NCBI GenBank assembly: GCA_050575255.1
Contig: JBNZDD010013726.1
Coordinates: 9,826,618-9,890,617 of the forward strand
Source of the DNA: Harriotta raleighana
Lineage: Eukaryota
Length of the DNA stretch: 64,000 nucleotides
Direction: 5' to 3'
Made by a program: the position numbers and the translations under genes. Under the pieces are notes generated by a model that was given only the letters and a program-made list of their open reading frames with translations, did not search any database and was not told the DNA's origin. Position 1 is the first letter of the stretch, and each line of letters opens with the position of its first letter. This document shows, piece after piece, positions 13,236 to 24,960 of the stretch.

Positions 13236-13574
13236 CTGCAAAAGAGCCCTTAAACTATGGATTACTTACTGGTAGGATTCTTTATGGGCTGCTCTGGACA
13301 CATAAGGAAAGGAACGTAATTCTCCACATTATTAGTTCCCGTTTAAACAGGTACATGTTTAAATTTGGATTTGTCAGGATAATTACAAAGAATGTGAGTG
13401 ATGCTCTGCACCAACAGGATTTTGTTTTGTTGATAAATCATTATCGATTTGCATGGCTGTTTATTAACACAACTAAAATACAGTACAAGCAAGCAGTTAC
13501 CAAGACTACATTCTGTTTTAGCAGGTCATGTTTATATGTATCCATACTTAAGTGCTAAGTGGAGGTCTAAAGCA

Positions 13575-13688
13575 GCCTAAGACACTACCCAGCGTGGAGA
13601 ACGCTATATAAGTGCAAGGTGTTGTTGTTGTCGTACAGAAGACGTGAAAAGCACTATATCAAATACTGTACAAGGATTATTATTATTT
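13575..13688 (+). mobile_element. adjacent L2 tail and SINE tail fragments
   Basis: ...aacgctatataagtgcaaggtgttgttgttg then gacgtgaaaagcactatatcaaat...caaggattattattatt. Confidence 0.7.
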
Positions 13689-14039
13689 ACAAGGGAATAT
13701 CAAATTGTATTATTGTAAGTATTCTAGATTCTTATAAATCAATATTGTGCATCATGCATCATCTTTAAAGGCCATCTTTTCGACCACGCTTTGCTGTTGT
13801 TGTCACAGTTTTAATTACATTATCTGCAACCATTCTCATAACTAACAAAAGATAAGTAAGATGTAAACGGGAGTGAGGCAGAAATGCAAACTTACTACTG
13901 GAATACCAAATTCTCAAACTCAACTATTCTATCCCAACTTTAGTTGTGAATGCTGCCAGACTGTAAAGCAGTCAGAACGAACCCTTTTTTCTCCCAATCC
14001 CTATACAGGTAATCCAAAATACAATTCACAACACAATAA

Positions 14040-14445
14040 ATCCAATTATGGTATCTAACATTTCCTTACGAATCCAACAATCTTCTTGGTGAGTTCTGTG
14101 CAGTTGTTGCTTGCCATCCATATAATGAAATTCTAATATTTATCGTAAACTTGCCCACCACATACCTAGGCATCCAGCCTTCTTGTCCAGCTATCATAGC
14201 ATATCTGAAAGTATTGTTTTTTTCCCCCCCCGATTAAGATACTTATATAAAGGTCTATTTTCTAAACAATCTCCTTTTTGAGGAGAAGAGTCCTCGTTTA
14301 TCTAGTCAGTCCTCACAGCTCATTGCTTGGGGGGAATCATTGCTTGGTGCTTTCACAATTACTGCCTTAAGTGTCTGGGTAACCTACCTATACCATGATA
14401 AGAAATGTACAGAGTACTCCAGGTGTTGCTTGTCCAGAACACTCC
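14040..14445 (-). mobile_element. old CR1 LINE ORF2 3' fragment
   Basis: Minus-strand translation LDKQHLEYSVHF (CR1 LVRPHLEYCVQFW) and SCED*LDKRGLFSSKRR (CR1 SYEERL..LGLFSLEKRR). Confidence 0.7.
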
Positions 14446-16064
14446 ACTGATTCAGCAAAGCATCCAGTCTGCTCTCAGGTCGCTTTAAGATTCCCCCTAC
14501 CACAAGTTCAATTCCATCCCTGGAGTATAAGTACCTCCTATTTTTATTTATGTACATATCTGTTTGCAGATTCCACTCCTAGCTTCATCATCTGCAAATT
14601 GAACTACCGTGAACCGAGTCTACAAATCCAGGTCAGTCTCATATACATACAGTACTAGTCACGATTAGATTAGTATCTTCCTTGGTTGGGATTTACAACA
14701 ATGTGCTCTCAAGAGCTACGGAGAATAGTTCACTCCAGGTTACCCAGGAACATTTGAATTCTGTTCCCAATGCTCCCCAAAGACAACATTCAACGGCCGC
14801 GGCAACGGACCGTCTTCGGCTTCATTCTTACCTCAATCTGGCAGTGTTTCATTCAATTTCACTGCCTAATAATATTTGTTTCTTTTAAGAAGGAAACAAC
14901 AACACCCAGCTTTGTGCAACTGAGTGGCTGAGGGAAAGTGAATGTGATGAAATCGGTAATTTGTCACATACTTGTTTAACAACACTGACTTCCCCAGAGC
15001 CATTATCTGGAACATAGTAGGAATGAGTGAATTGTGCTGCCTCAGCTCACCCAATAAGACTAAGATTCAAGATTCGTGCATCCCAGCCAATGCACGATAA
15101 AGGGGATACCACCAGCTGAACATCCGAATCGCTCCATCTGACCCCAAAAAAATAGTGTGAAAGGGGGACAAATAGATTGAACACGCAATTCCCTTATCCT
15201 TTGACTTATTTTACTCGTACATAAATTTTCAGGAGGAATTTTTTTTCCCCCCCTAAAGCCCCCTGAAAGACTGCGAGTCAATCAGCTCATTCAAGGAAAT
15301 CCTGTTGGAAGTCTCTGTTCCTTGTCCATATTCATGGACGTAATCCATGGGCAATTCTGGAATCAATCTCGGAATCATATTTTCGAATAGCAAATTCTTA
15401 AAGAGAGATTCCGCAGCCAGGGCTGTAGAAGTGGTTGAAGAAGCAGGGATTTTTGTTGTTTATTAGTCTAAGTGGTTTTGGGAGGGGGGGGGAGGGGAAA
15501 TGGGAATAGGCAGGAATAGTAAGTTAAGGCTGCACTGTAAGTTAAAGTAAGTTAAAGCAGTACTTGTTCTGCTATCATTCTGTGGCAGTCAGTGTGGAGC
15601 AGGGCAGTCTACCCAAGAGAACTTCCAAGCCACTGCTCCAATCCTTTCTCCTGATTTCAAGCCAGCAGCAAAAATTCCCTGTTTTATTGTGTCCAAACTC
15701 AACACCAGTTACAATACACTGCACTGTGTATGTATATCTGTGTATATAGATATATTGGAAGGGTGGTTGGGAAAAACAACTGATTGCATTGTCTCCCAGA
15801 GAGTCAGAGAGAAAGAGAAAAGAGAAACAGAAACTCCAACTTACTTCTCTTGCTTTGCTAGAGGGTCAGAGGAGAACTTCCGCCTGTCAGCCACCTCCTA
15901 ATTGCTAGTAGAACACTCCCACTCTGTGCTCAGGAGCAAAGTATGACTTTCACTTTCCAAAAGGGCTCATTTCTCATCTGTCAGTTTGAAAACAAATTTT
16001 GGGGGGGGAAAACATGTATCCATTTCCAAATAAATATTGATGATATGAATCCAGAATCGAATAA

Positions 16065-16190
16065 TAATACTAATAATATTGTAATAATCCTTGCATTTGA
16101 TATAGCGGCTTTTCTAGACGTCTCAAAGCAGCTTCACAGAATTATGCTGGAAAGTGAATTGACTGGATATTTGTGGGCGAAACGTGAAAT
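16065..16190 (-). mobile_element. SINE 3' tail (Deu-type family)
   Basis: aataatccttgcatttgatatagcggcttttctagacgtctcaaagcagcttcacaga...aaagtgaattgactggatatttgtgggcgaaacg. Confidence 0.85.
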
Positions 16191-16487
16191 ACAAAACAAA
16201 ACGCACACATGTTGTGCACACGTTGTTTCGGGTAAACTCCCTTTAAAAGGTCGGGGGGGAGGGTGGAGGGGGGTGGGGGGTGGGGTCGCCCCTATGTGTA
16301 CCACAACCACACGCGTGCCCGTGCACACCCCGAGCAGGTCACCTACCACTTTCGATGTGCACTATATGCACAGGTCTATTTTAAGTACGTACATTTACAC
16401 GCATTTCCAGACGCTCTTTGGTTATAAAATGCCAAGCGTCCCTCTGTACCTCTTCGCTTTTTCCAAAAAAAATGAAAAGTCTAATTG

Positions 16488-16710
16488 ATAAGAATAAGAA
16501 TGATCCTTGCAATTGATATAGGGCTTTTCACATCTTATCGACGTCCCAAAGCGCTTCACAGAATGTACTGTAAAGTGAATTGACTGGATATTTGTGGGTG
16601 GAACGCGGCAGCCAATTGCGCACAGCAGCGTCTCACACACACACACACAGTCGTGGATTGAAATGACCAATTTTATTATTGTGGTTTTTTTTGGAGGGAT
16701 TATTAAGACC
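16488..16710 (-). mobile_element. SINE 3' half with Deu-domain motif
   Basis: Same tail plus ggaacgcggcagccaattgcgcacagca, the reverse complement of Deu core tgctgtgcgcaattggctgccgcgttcc. Confidence 0.88.
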
Positions 16711-17001
16711 TAATTAAGAAGAAGAAGAAGAAACAAGTGCTACCTTTGTATTGCGTTTCAGGTGTCACTTAATTCATTGATTTCCACATATCATTTTAAA
16801 TGCTTCACTGCTTATAGGAGCCCTTTTTTTTTCTCTCGTAACATCTTACCATTGGCCCCAATTACTGTTGGTGTGGACTTCCAACAAATTCTTTCCACTC
16901 TGCTCTTGATAACGTGACAAACAAAACCCTACTAAGTGGGATGAGGAGGTCCAAGGTGGACAAGCAGCAGGAAACTCAATGGCAAGCTACATGGGGTTTT
17001 T

Positions 17002-17055
17002 ACAACAACAACTTGCATTTATATAACGCCTTTCAAGGCGTCTCAGAGCGCTTAT
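17002..17055 (-). mobile_element. L2/SINE 3' tail fragment
   Basis: acaacaacaacttgcatttatataacgcctttcaaggcgtctcagagcgctt. Confidence 0.75.
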
Positions 17056-18792
17056 AACTTCAGCAGGACCCCAACACACACTCTTGGGACCCCAAGCCTA
17101 GGCTCTCACCAACATGTACCTATTACTTTCTGGAATTAGGGGGAAAAAAAAGTGTGTCCCTCCAGGCTGAGAGTGTGAGTCCCATTCCAGCCGCAGAGAA
17201 ATTTCCATATGTAGGTGACAGACGTCTGTGGAACTCAGTCTGGTTCGGATACTCCTAAACTTGATCATGTTTTCTGCGTGTGTCAGACACCAGGCTGACC
17301 AATAAATACTGTTGGCATAATGGGGAATTTTGTCAATCTTCTTCCTCAGACTAACGCTAAGAATAACAACAGAACAGCATCCAAATGTACATGTGCTGGT
17401 GGAAACTCATAAAGATTTCAACTCCTAATCCAAACCTGGAAGTTCAAGTCTCAGTAAAAGGTTGACATCCTATCATTAGCGCTATCATTACCCTAGTGCG
17501 GAAGGCAAGAGTACTGAGAGGGGTCAGGGAAACTGCCACAGTCATTAGGGGGTCACTGGTGGCCACACATTTCGACTATTCCTATTCCCACCTATTGTAA
17601 AGTAATTCCTAACTAGTTTGAGGCACCTGTGGGAATCATGGGAAGCTATTCTGCTCATCCTTTCCCACTTCCTGTTGGGGTCACAGGGTAATTCATCACA
17701 ATATCCAATTTTATTCTTGTTCACACCCTATAATCTCTCTGGATTCTCATCTCAACCGAGAGTATGACAGGTTGTAATTTGAAAGGCGGTAGAGAGAAGC
17801 AGGAGTTCAAATAAAACAGTACCATGTATAGCTTGTTTGAGGCCCAAGGAACACTGAAGGTCCTTTCGATAGTGTTCATTACAGTGACTTAGAACACATA
17901 TTGGAATGAGATTTTTGGCTTTTGCAGTTCGTTCTACAATTGTTTTTACATGAATGGTGCAGAGGTGGAGGCCTTTGCTGACTTATCAAGCAATAAACTG
18001 CATCTTTCTCTTCTAGCTAAAACTATTTAAAAAATACTGTTTACCAAATTATAATGGAATCTCATAGCTTTAACATTGATGCAATTCAGTGAAGACATTA
18101 GATAGAACTAAATAATATGCTTATAAAAGCAGAAATTCTGAAGTGCAGGGGCTTACCATGCATCAAACAAAGAGATATTCATGGATAATACAAGAGATCA
18201 TGCAAGAGTCATTGAAATCATGCTTAAGCTTTTTTACAGGTGAGGAGATATTGGGTGGAATACTTGCTGTCATCCAAAATAACATTAGAGTCATTATAAA
18301 TAAATCTGTGGTCATTGTTGAAATATCCCGGTTTGAAAGGATATGGTATTTCTTGTGTCATAAAATAGCAGCCACTTCAGAGATGTGGGTGACTGTATTG
18401 TCCGTGGTTCAAGATAAGTCTGAGTGGTTACATTTCCTTTAACATGGCAGCTGATTCAGCCTACAATCCTCAGCAATAAAACACTCCCTCCATAACCACG
18501 GAGAGGGCACCTGCAGATGTTTGGGAACTTTAGGCTTGTACATCTATGCGGTGTGTCTGTGTATTTTCAATGTGAGTCTCTGTATCGTTAATGTTATTTT
18601 TTCAATAGGTACATAGGTAAAAGAATCCATCTTTTAACAGTATGCTAGTTCCTAATTCATTTTAATTACACTAGTAAAGGTTAAGAGCATGGTATTTAAC
18701 ATGAGTAAAGTTGCAGAGAAACATCATAATAATATTTAGTTACAAGTGTACTTTTTGTGATACTACAATTATTGGTTTATAACACATGAATC

Positions 18793-18903
18793 ATAATAAT
18801 AAACCTTCCCTTTGATATAGCGCCTTATCATGTCTCTGAGTGTCTCAAAGCGCTTCACAGAATATACTATAAAGTGAATTGACAGTACATTTTGTGGGTG
18901 AAG
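18793..18903 (-). mobile_element. SINE 3' tail
   Basis: tttgatatagcgccttatcatgtctctgagtgtctcaaagcgcttcacagaatatactataaagtgaattgac. Confidence 0.88.
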
Positions 18904-21674
18904 TGTACTGAAAGATGCAGTGAGTCAGGATCTGTTTTTTAAAAAAAAATAACACAGTACATTTGTAAGATTAGAAATATAAAGCATTATTCACATCCTG
19001 AGCTCTGGGGAAGTGACAGAAAGAAGATGCTTTAGATAAAAGTCGTTATAGCTAGGGAAAGGATCAAGGATGCATTCTACTGTACATAATAAGTCCCCGA
19101 AGGCAACTTAAAAAAATGTTTTTCAACCAACAGCGGGGGGTTAAGAAGCCATTTGGACCTGTTGCTTTGGACCTAGCATCTCTGAAGAACTAATGGGACC
19201 TGCACCCCTAACCTTACTTCACCACAGATGGGAAAAACTAATCATTGGGAAAGAGCAGTCTGGAGAAGAGTGATTGGACAAATAACTGAAAAGGTGGCCT
19301 CTGTTTTATACAATACCTCATGGGAGAAGCCCAGGTATAATTGTAGATGCAATTTCAGACTTGGCCTATTCTTTCTGCTTCAGCTATGGATAGGGACAAC
19401 AGTTTGTTGCTTCTGCTATTGATAGCCTATGAGTTTACATAAGGCCTATGCTGTACATCACTGGCAAGATGATAGGTTGTGCTCCTGGCTTGCTATGTGG
19501 CTTCTCCAACCAATGCATATATACGCAATATATTACTTAAGAGGTAGCTCATATGATACGGTAACATTCATTTGATTTAATTCATGTTGAATAACTCGAC
19601 GAGGACTGAAGCCTGCTGAAACAGATGTAAATTAATGTGATTCATCTGCAGCACGGACATGTGGCAGAACATTACTGAACTATAAACTGTTTTTGTTTGT
19701 GCTTCAATTTGTACTTTTGTTTGTTTCTAATTGTGCAAATAGCAAACTTGGTATCGAAAGTGAGACTGTAGTGTGTCCTGTCTGAACGAGACAGAGACAC
19801 GTTCAAAGTGAATATCCCTCCATGACATGTTTTTTGTGTATCATTTCAGTGCTGTGAAAGTGATGGCTTTCCCGCTATTGATCAGCATCGATCATTTTGA
19901 GGTCAGGTTTTTGTATTAGCCACATCCAAGTCAAAGTTTTCTTTTATAATTCTCATCAATTCCTCAGATGAGGTTGCAGACTGTGGAGTGGAATCACTAG
20001 AGGGTATAAATTATTGTTTATTGAGGATTTGTACAGCATAGTTCACAGGAGTTATTTTATTTATCTTATTTTATTCCCCACCTGTGATATACGTGACAGA
20101 TACCAATACTCGGCTTTTATGTAGTCAATGTGTATGCAATTAATGTTAAAATTGATTCAATTGCATCAGTTATTTAATACCATGATAAATCAATTAATTT
20201 GCCAGGTAAGAATATCTATTGTCTGTAATAATGCCTTTTAATTGTAGGAAAAATGAATACTTTTGCAGTGTAGCCTGTTTCTTTGGATAACATGGCGTTT
20301 ATTTGTGAACAAATGATTACATGCAACTGTTCATCAGTGACATACTTTGTCTGGTAGGTGACCCAGCCATAGATGACACACGTCCAAATAAAAACCAATT
20401 ACATTCATGTTTGAGGCCTCTTTTTCTCTCTATTTTTAGGCATAACAATAAATTAGGAGATTAATCAACGTTTCACATTGCTAACCTTTCAGGTGTGCTG
20501 ATTCCTGACATTCTATCAGGAAACCTTCACAAGCCACTGGTGGAGAGGTTTTCAACTCACCCAACCTAATCTATTTTTCTTATGGCTGAATGCCTGAGAA
20601 GATCTATCCTGGTCTAACTTGGGTCATCTATTGTTCAACATTTCTAAATGTTGCTGCCCTGTACCTTGATTGTGTGATAGATTGCTCTGCTACTTTTTCA
20701 TTGAAAAAGTAAGATTTTTCCAGCGACCTTTTTTTTTTCCACAAAAAAAAAATCAAAAAGACACGCCTTGGAAGAAATCACAGATGTCATATCATCTAGT
20801 TGTAATGTAGCAGTCAATAGGGGGAAAAGAGTTTTGAAATAAACTGTAATGGTTAGGAATGAATTCCGAGGTGTCAGTCTTCATGCTGAAATGAATGCCG
20901 TTACCTTTTGGGTGCAGAAATACATTGTCAGTTCAGGTTTGCGGGCTCTAAACATTCTGTTGTGTTTGCACACTAACCATTGGAGGGTTCCTTTAAATAA
21001 AGTTCCTCCTCTTGATATTACATTAAATATAAGACTATTTATTTAATGCAATTTTCTCCGCCCCCCCCAAAAAAGTAATTGTAGAAATATTTATGATCCG
21101 AGAAATGTAATGCAATCTATGAAATCCACATACAAAATCTTTAGCTGAGCTATAAGTTGCTCAGCCTTCCTATGCCTTGACATTTGTTTTTCATCATGTC
21201 GCGAAAGGTCACCCAACAGAGGCATGCGGGCTTGCGTGCTTTTTATATTTAATTTCCACATTACTTTTGAAATATCCATTGTTTGATTTCGGAGCAATTT
21301 TATTAGTTTTTTATGTCTTTCACTGTTTGAAGAAGGATGCGAAACCAGAACAAAATATTTCTGAATGATGCCACTCGTACTGCTGTGTGATACCTCAAGA
21401 GAGAGACTACAGTTGCTGAGTTATTGAGCATTCATTACAAAAAAGTATGTAATTCAACTCCAACTTGGCCCCATGAATGCCTGTGTCCAAGATCCCTCAT
21501 GTGCTTGTGTAAGATAAGGAAATTCATTATTTCGCACCTCCCTGTTTTAAATGCGAAATGCAAACAAGTCATTACCCAAAAGTAACGAACTATATTTTAT
21601 GAAAGTAAATAATTCATGCGTAATGGCGACTGGATATTTAAGGAAGTATGTCAACATCATTTAAGAGTCCAGGA

Positions 21675-21790
21675 CCAACAATAATTTATTGAGCACCTTT
21701 CGCATAGTGATTCACAGAACTGACTGGGAGCCTAGAACTCAGGGAAGAGGTGAGAAGGAGGAAAGCATGGTCAAAACAATAAGTCATATA
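21675..21790 (-). mobile_element. degenerate L2 3' end
   Basis: caacaataatttattgagcacctttc...gaggtgagaaggaggaaagcatggtcaaaa resembles 27698-27840. Confidence 0.45.
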
Positions 21791-21929
21791 TGCTACAATG
21801 CTGATAATAGATGGGCCTAGAGATAAAATTCAGCTGTTATAGAACATCTAGCAAAATTTACAGGTAGGGTCAAAGCGTTTTTTTAAAAAAAATACATGCA
21901 CTCTGTGAAGAAAGAAGTTACAATTTTAG

Positions 21930-22240
21930 AGTGCTGAAACTTCTCAAAGCACTTCGCACAGTGTAATTACCCATTTTCCTAGGCAAAAACAGAAGTAACT
22001 TTGCCCACGGCACATTCCCACAAACCGTCCACAAGGTGAACAACCAACTTACCTCAAAGATTGTTGGCCAGGACACCAGGAGCAATGTCTTTCATCTTTT
22101 CAAACAATGCCACGAGATCTATAACATCAGTTGTAAAATTCAGTTCGAACATATTCCAAAAGACTCCATGTCTGACAAGGCAGAATTCCCCCAGTATTGT
22201 AATAGCATATCAGCCGAGTCTGTAAGATCAAGTGTGATGA
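21930..22240 (-). mobile_element. old DeuSINE (SacSINE1-like)
   Basis: ttggccaggacaccaggag...cttttcaaacaatgccacgagatct is the reverse complement of the Deu core; tail ctcaaagcacttcgcaca. Confidence 0.75.
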
Positions 22241-23868
22241 ATTTAATAGGTACACTGATTGAATCATTTCACGCAGTGGTCTCATGCTTTAATTGACAAG
22301 TCGTCATCCATTTCTGAGTAAAGTACGAGAGATCATACGTTACTGCTGAAACTTACTGTAATCCAGGATGTGGTGAGTAAATCAATCAATCAATCTAACC
22401 TTTGCAGCCAGTTTGCTTCTTTGACCAATATTTTCTAGTGTTGCCGCACCATTATTTTTTAATGCAGTATAAAGCTGCCAACATTAGAAGTGAAATGATA
22501 CATTACTTTTATTAGGAATGCGAGAGGAAAAAGCTGGTTAACAATACAATGTTCCCTCTGCCTGGCTAAGAGGTTTATTGTTGGATTTTTTTTCAAAAGC
22601 TGTAAAGAGCTGTTTCCCCATTTCACATCCCAGGAAGTGTTTGAAATCACTCCTTCACTATGTCTGTTGACTGATAGTAAACATGCAAGTTTTACAACTT
22701 TCCATCCTGACACACAAGTGCAAATCAGGGTGGCTTCATCCACCATTACTGTGGACATAACAACTCTACCAATTCTGACTCAATCTTACAAGTCATCTGA
22801 GAACAGAACTGCATCTGTCGTAGAAGCACGATTGAGATGCTGAGTTATGTGTTTATTGCATTCGTGATGAATAGTGTCTTGGCAAAAAAAAAATAGAGTA
22901 CAGCTGGGCAAATTGGGGTTTAGTTAAGAACATGAATCAATTTTTCATTTAACATGTCAGCTATCAAGCTTTGGGTTTGTAAAACAATCTGTTAAGAGTA
23001 TTAATTCAATGTGAAAGATCGTGGTATTGCATTGTAATCTTTAGTTGGGTTCTCATTGTCTAGGCCTTCAAAGTTTGTGTTTCCTATGAAATGCATTTAA
23101 CTTATAATATTGTACAAAAATACTCAATTCCCTCTATTATGTTACCTTATTGTACAACAGTAACACTAGGTTCTTAAAAGATGTGTTGTTGAAGATTAGA
23201 TAGAATGTGAATCGAACATTTATTATGCTGAAGTATATTTTTTAAATGAAATAGAGCATCATTTTATCTGTGTGTTGTTCAGCACATATTTACATTATTT
23301 CTGACACTGGAACAGGAATCTCTGATAATACATACAGTCACTACACTATGCATTAAATCCCCCAAAGAGATTTGAGATATCCCAAATGTAAGATTATTAT
23401 TCATTATTATAAAATTATTTGTTGTGCTTTGAGTTTTAACATTTTGAATCTAATTGTGGATATAATGGGATATAGTTCATTCTACCTGATTTGAGCATAT
23501 CCAAAAACATTTAATTGGCCAGCACAGTAAAGAGCTAAATGTAATACAGTACCAAACTTCACTTGAAAAGAGCAACATCTTTTAGAATTGATTTTTGTAT
23601 CATATGCCTTCTTATTAATATTTTCTGGTGCTTTTACTTAGGTTGAATTGTCAAATGCATAAATAAATGACCTCTCATGGAAACATTTGCAAATTGACAA
23701 TTTCATCTTCAGTGTACAGAAATCCTGCTTCAAGCATAATCCTTATATCGATTACATGCTTTGTTGTTTTACCTTCAACGGGACTCACTGTTAAAATAGA
23801 GGTTATTTGGGTGTTAACTTGATGATGAGCCAACAGAGGAACAAAGTTTAAAAGTAGTGTAATCATAC

Positions 23869-23904
23869 CTGTTTTGGAAGGAAATCAGCAGAGGCTGAGG
23901 GCAT
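23869..23904 (-). other. candidate 36-nt exon (could encode MPSASADFLPKQ)
   Basis: Acceptor ctttctctcccttcaaag|ATG and donor CAG|gtatga; preceded by an 87-nt intron with gtgagt donor and branch-like gactaag/tgataac. Confidence 0.45.
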
Positions 23905-23991
23905 CTTTGAAGGGAGAGAAAGTTATCACTTAGTCCCTCATATGTACATCCTTGCAAATGATTTTGAATGGGCTGAGAGCACATTACTCAC

Positions 23992-24100
23992 CAACAATGG
24001 TCGCAGAGATTAAATTGAAAAAGAGGAGAAAATGGAGGATGACATCCGCAAAGAACAACCGAGGATAAACGCTATTTTTATTACAAAATTGGAAATAGTT
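23992..24100 (-). other. candidate first/5' UTR exon (5' boundary uncertain)
   Basis: Consensus donor TTG|gtgagt at 23991. Confidence 0.35.
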
Positions 24101-24629
24101 TTAAGAAGGTGTCTCTGTGCCAATAAACTAAAGTAATCCTTGTTTTACAGGCCAAAGGGTCACCTGAAGGAACAGGAGATTTGTACACTGCAAGGTAGGC
24201 TCTGTAATTACATGCTATTGGGCAATATAAGAACAATGAACTTAATGAAACTCCTAAGTGATTGGAAAAATGCTTTGGGGAGATGCTAGTCCGGTAGGAA
24301 GACAATAAAAGTAATTGTACACTCGTGGCACTGTCAACTAATTCATATAAAGGCCAATCTAAAGCTAGCAATCATTCACATGTCACATAACATCATCCTT
24401 CCCTTGATGGCAAAATGGAAAACGTATCAAAAAATGATGCTTCAAATATCAGATTCATCCTGAAACACTCACTACATCCTACAACATTACTTCTCTGACC
24501 TTGGCTTGCACCCGGTCTTCGAATTAATCACTGTTTCCATCTTTCTTTTGTGTGGAATACCCAACGGTACTTTTATAAAAGTCAGACATGCTGAATGAAA
24601 TGATGCACAAAAAGGAAAGTTTGTCATCG

Positions 24630-24960
24630 CAACTGACAGGTTTGATTGGCTAATATTCTTTCACCAAAATTTGACGGTAATGTGTCAACGGAGAGGAGAG
24701 TGAATCAAAGCACCATCACTTTCTGGCAACTGGCATATTAAAACCTTAACTTTTTCCTTTGTTTACGGACTCTAATTTCTACAGATCCCAAGAAGATTTG
24801 TTACAGGGGAGAGCTGGACAATTTATATTCATCTGGAATGTTTGCAAAATTATTCAGCAACTGTTTTCTTTCGCTTGCCTTCCTCCTGGTGCAAACACAG
24901 TAGCAGGCAGTTAAACTTTTGACAGCCAATTATTTTATTTGGATGGCCACTAGAGGTTTA
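24630..24960. promoter_or_regulatory. motif cluster: TGACAG (TALE) next to CCAAT twice, and a partial CTCF-like site
   Basis: tgacaggtttgattggct (~24634-24651), tgacagccaat (~24920-24930), tggccactagagg (24944-24956). Confidence 0.3.

Noticed and set aside
15943-16488. Longest ORF (181 aa)
   Set aside because: Runs through an antisense SINE tail and G-tracts; no domain recognised
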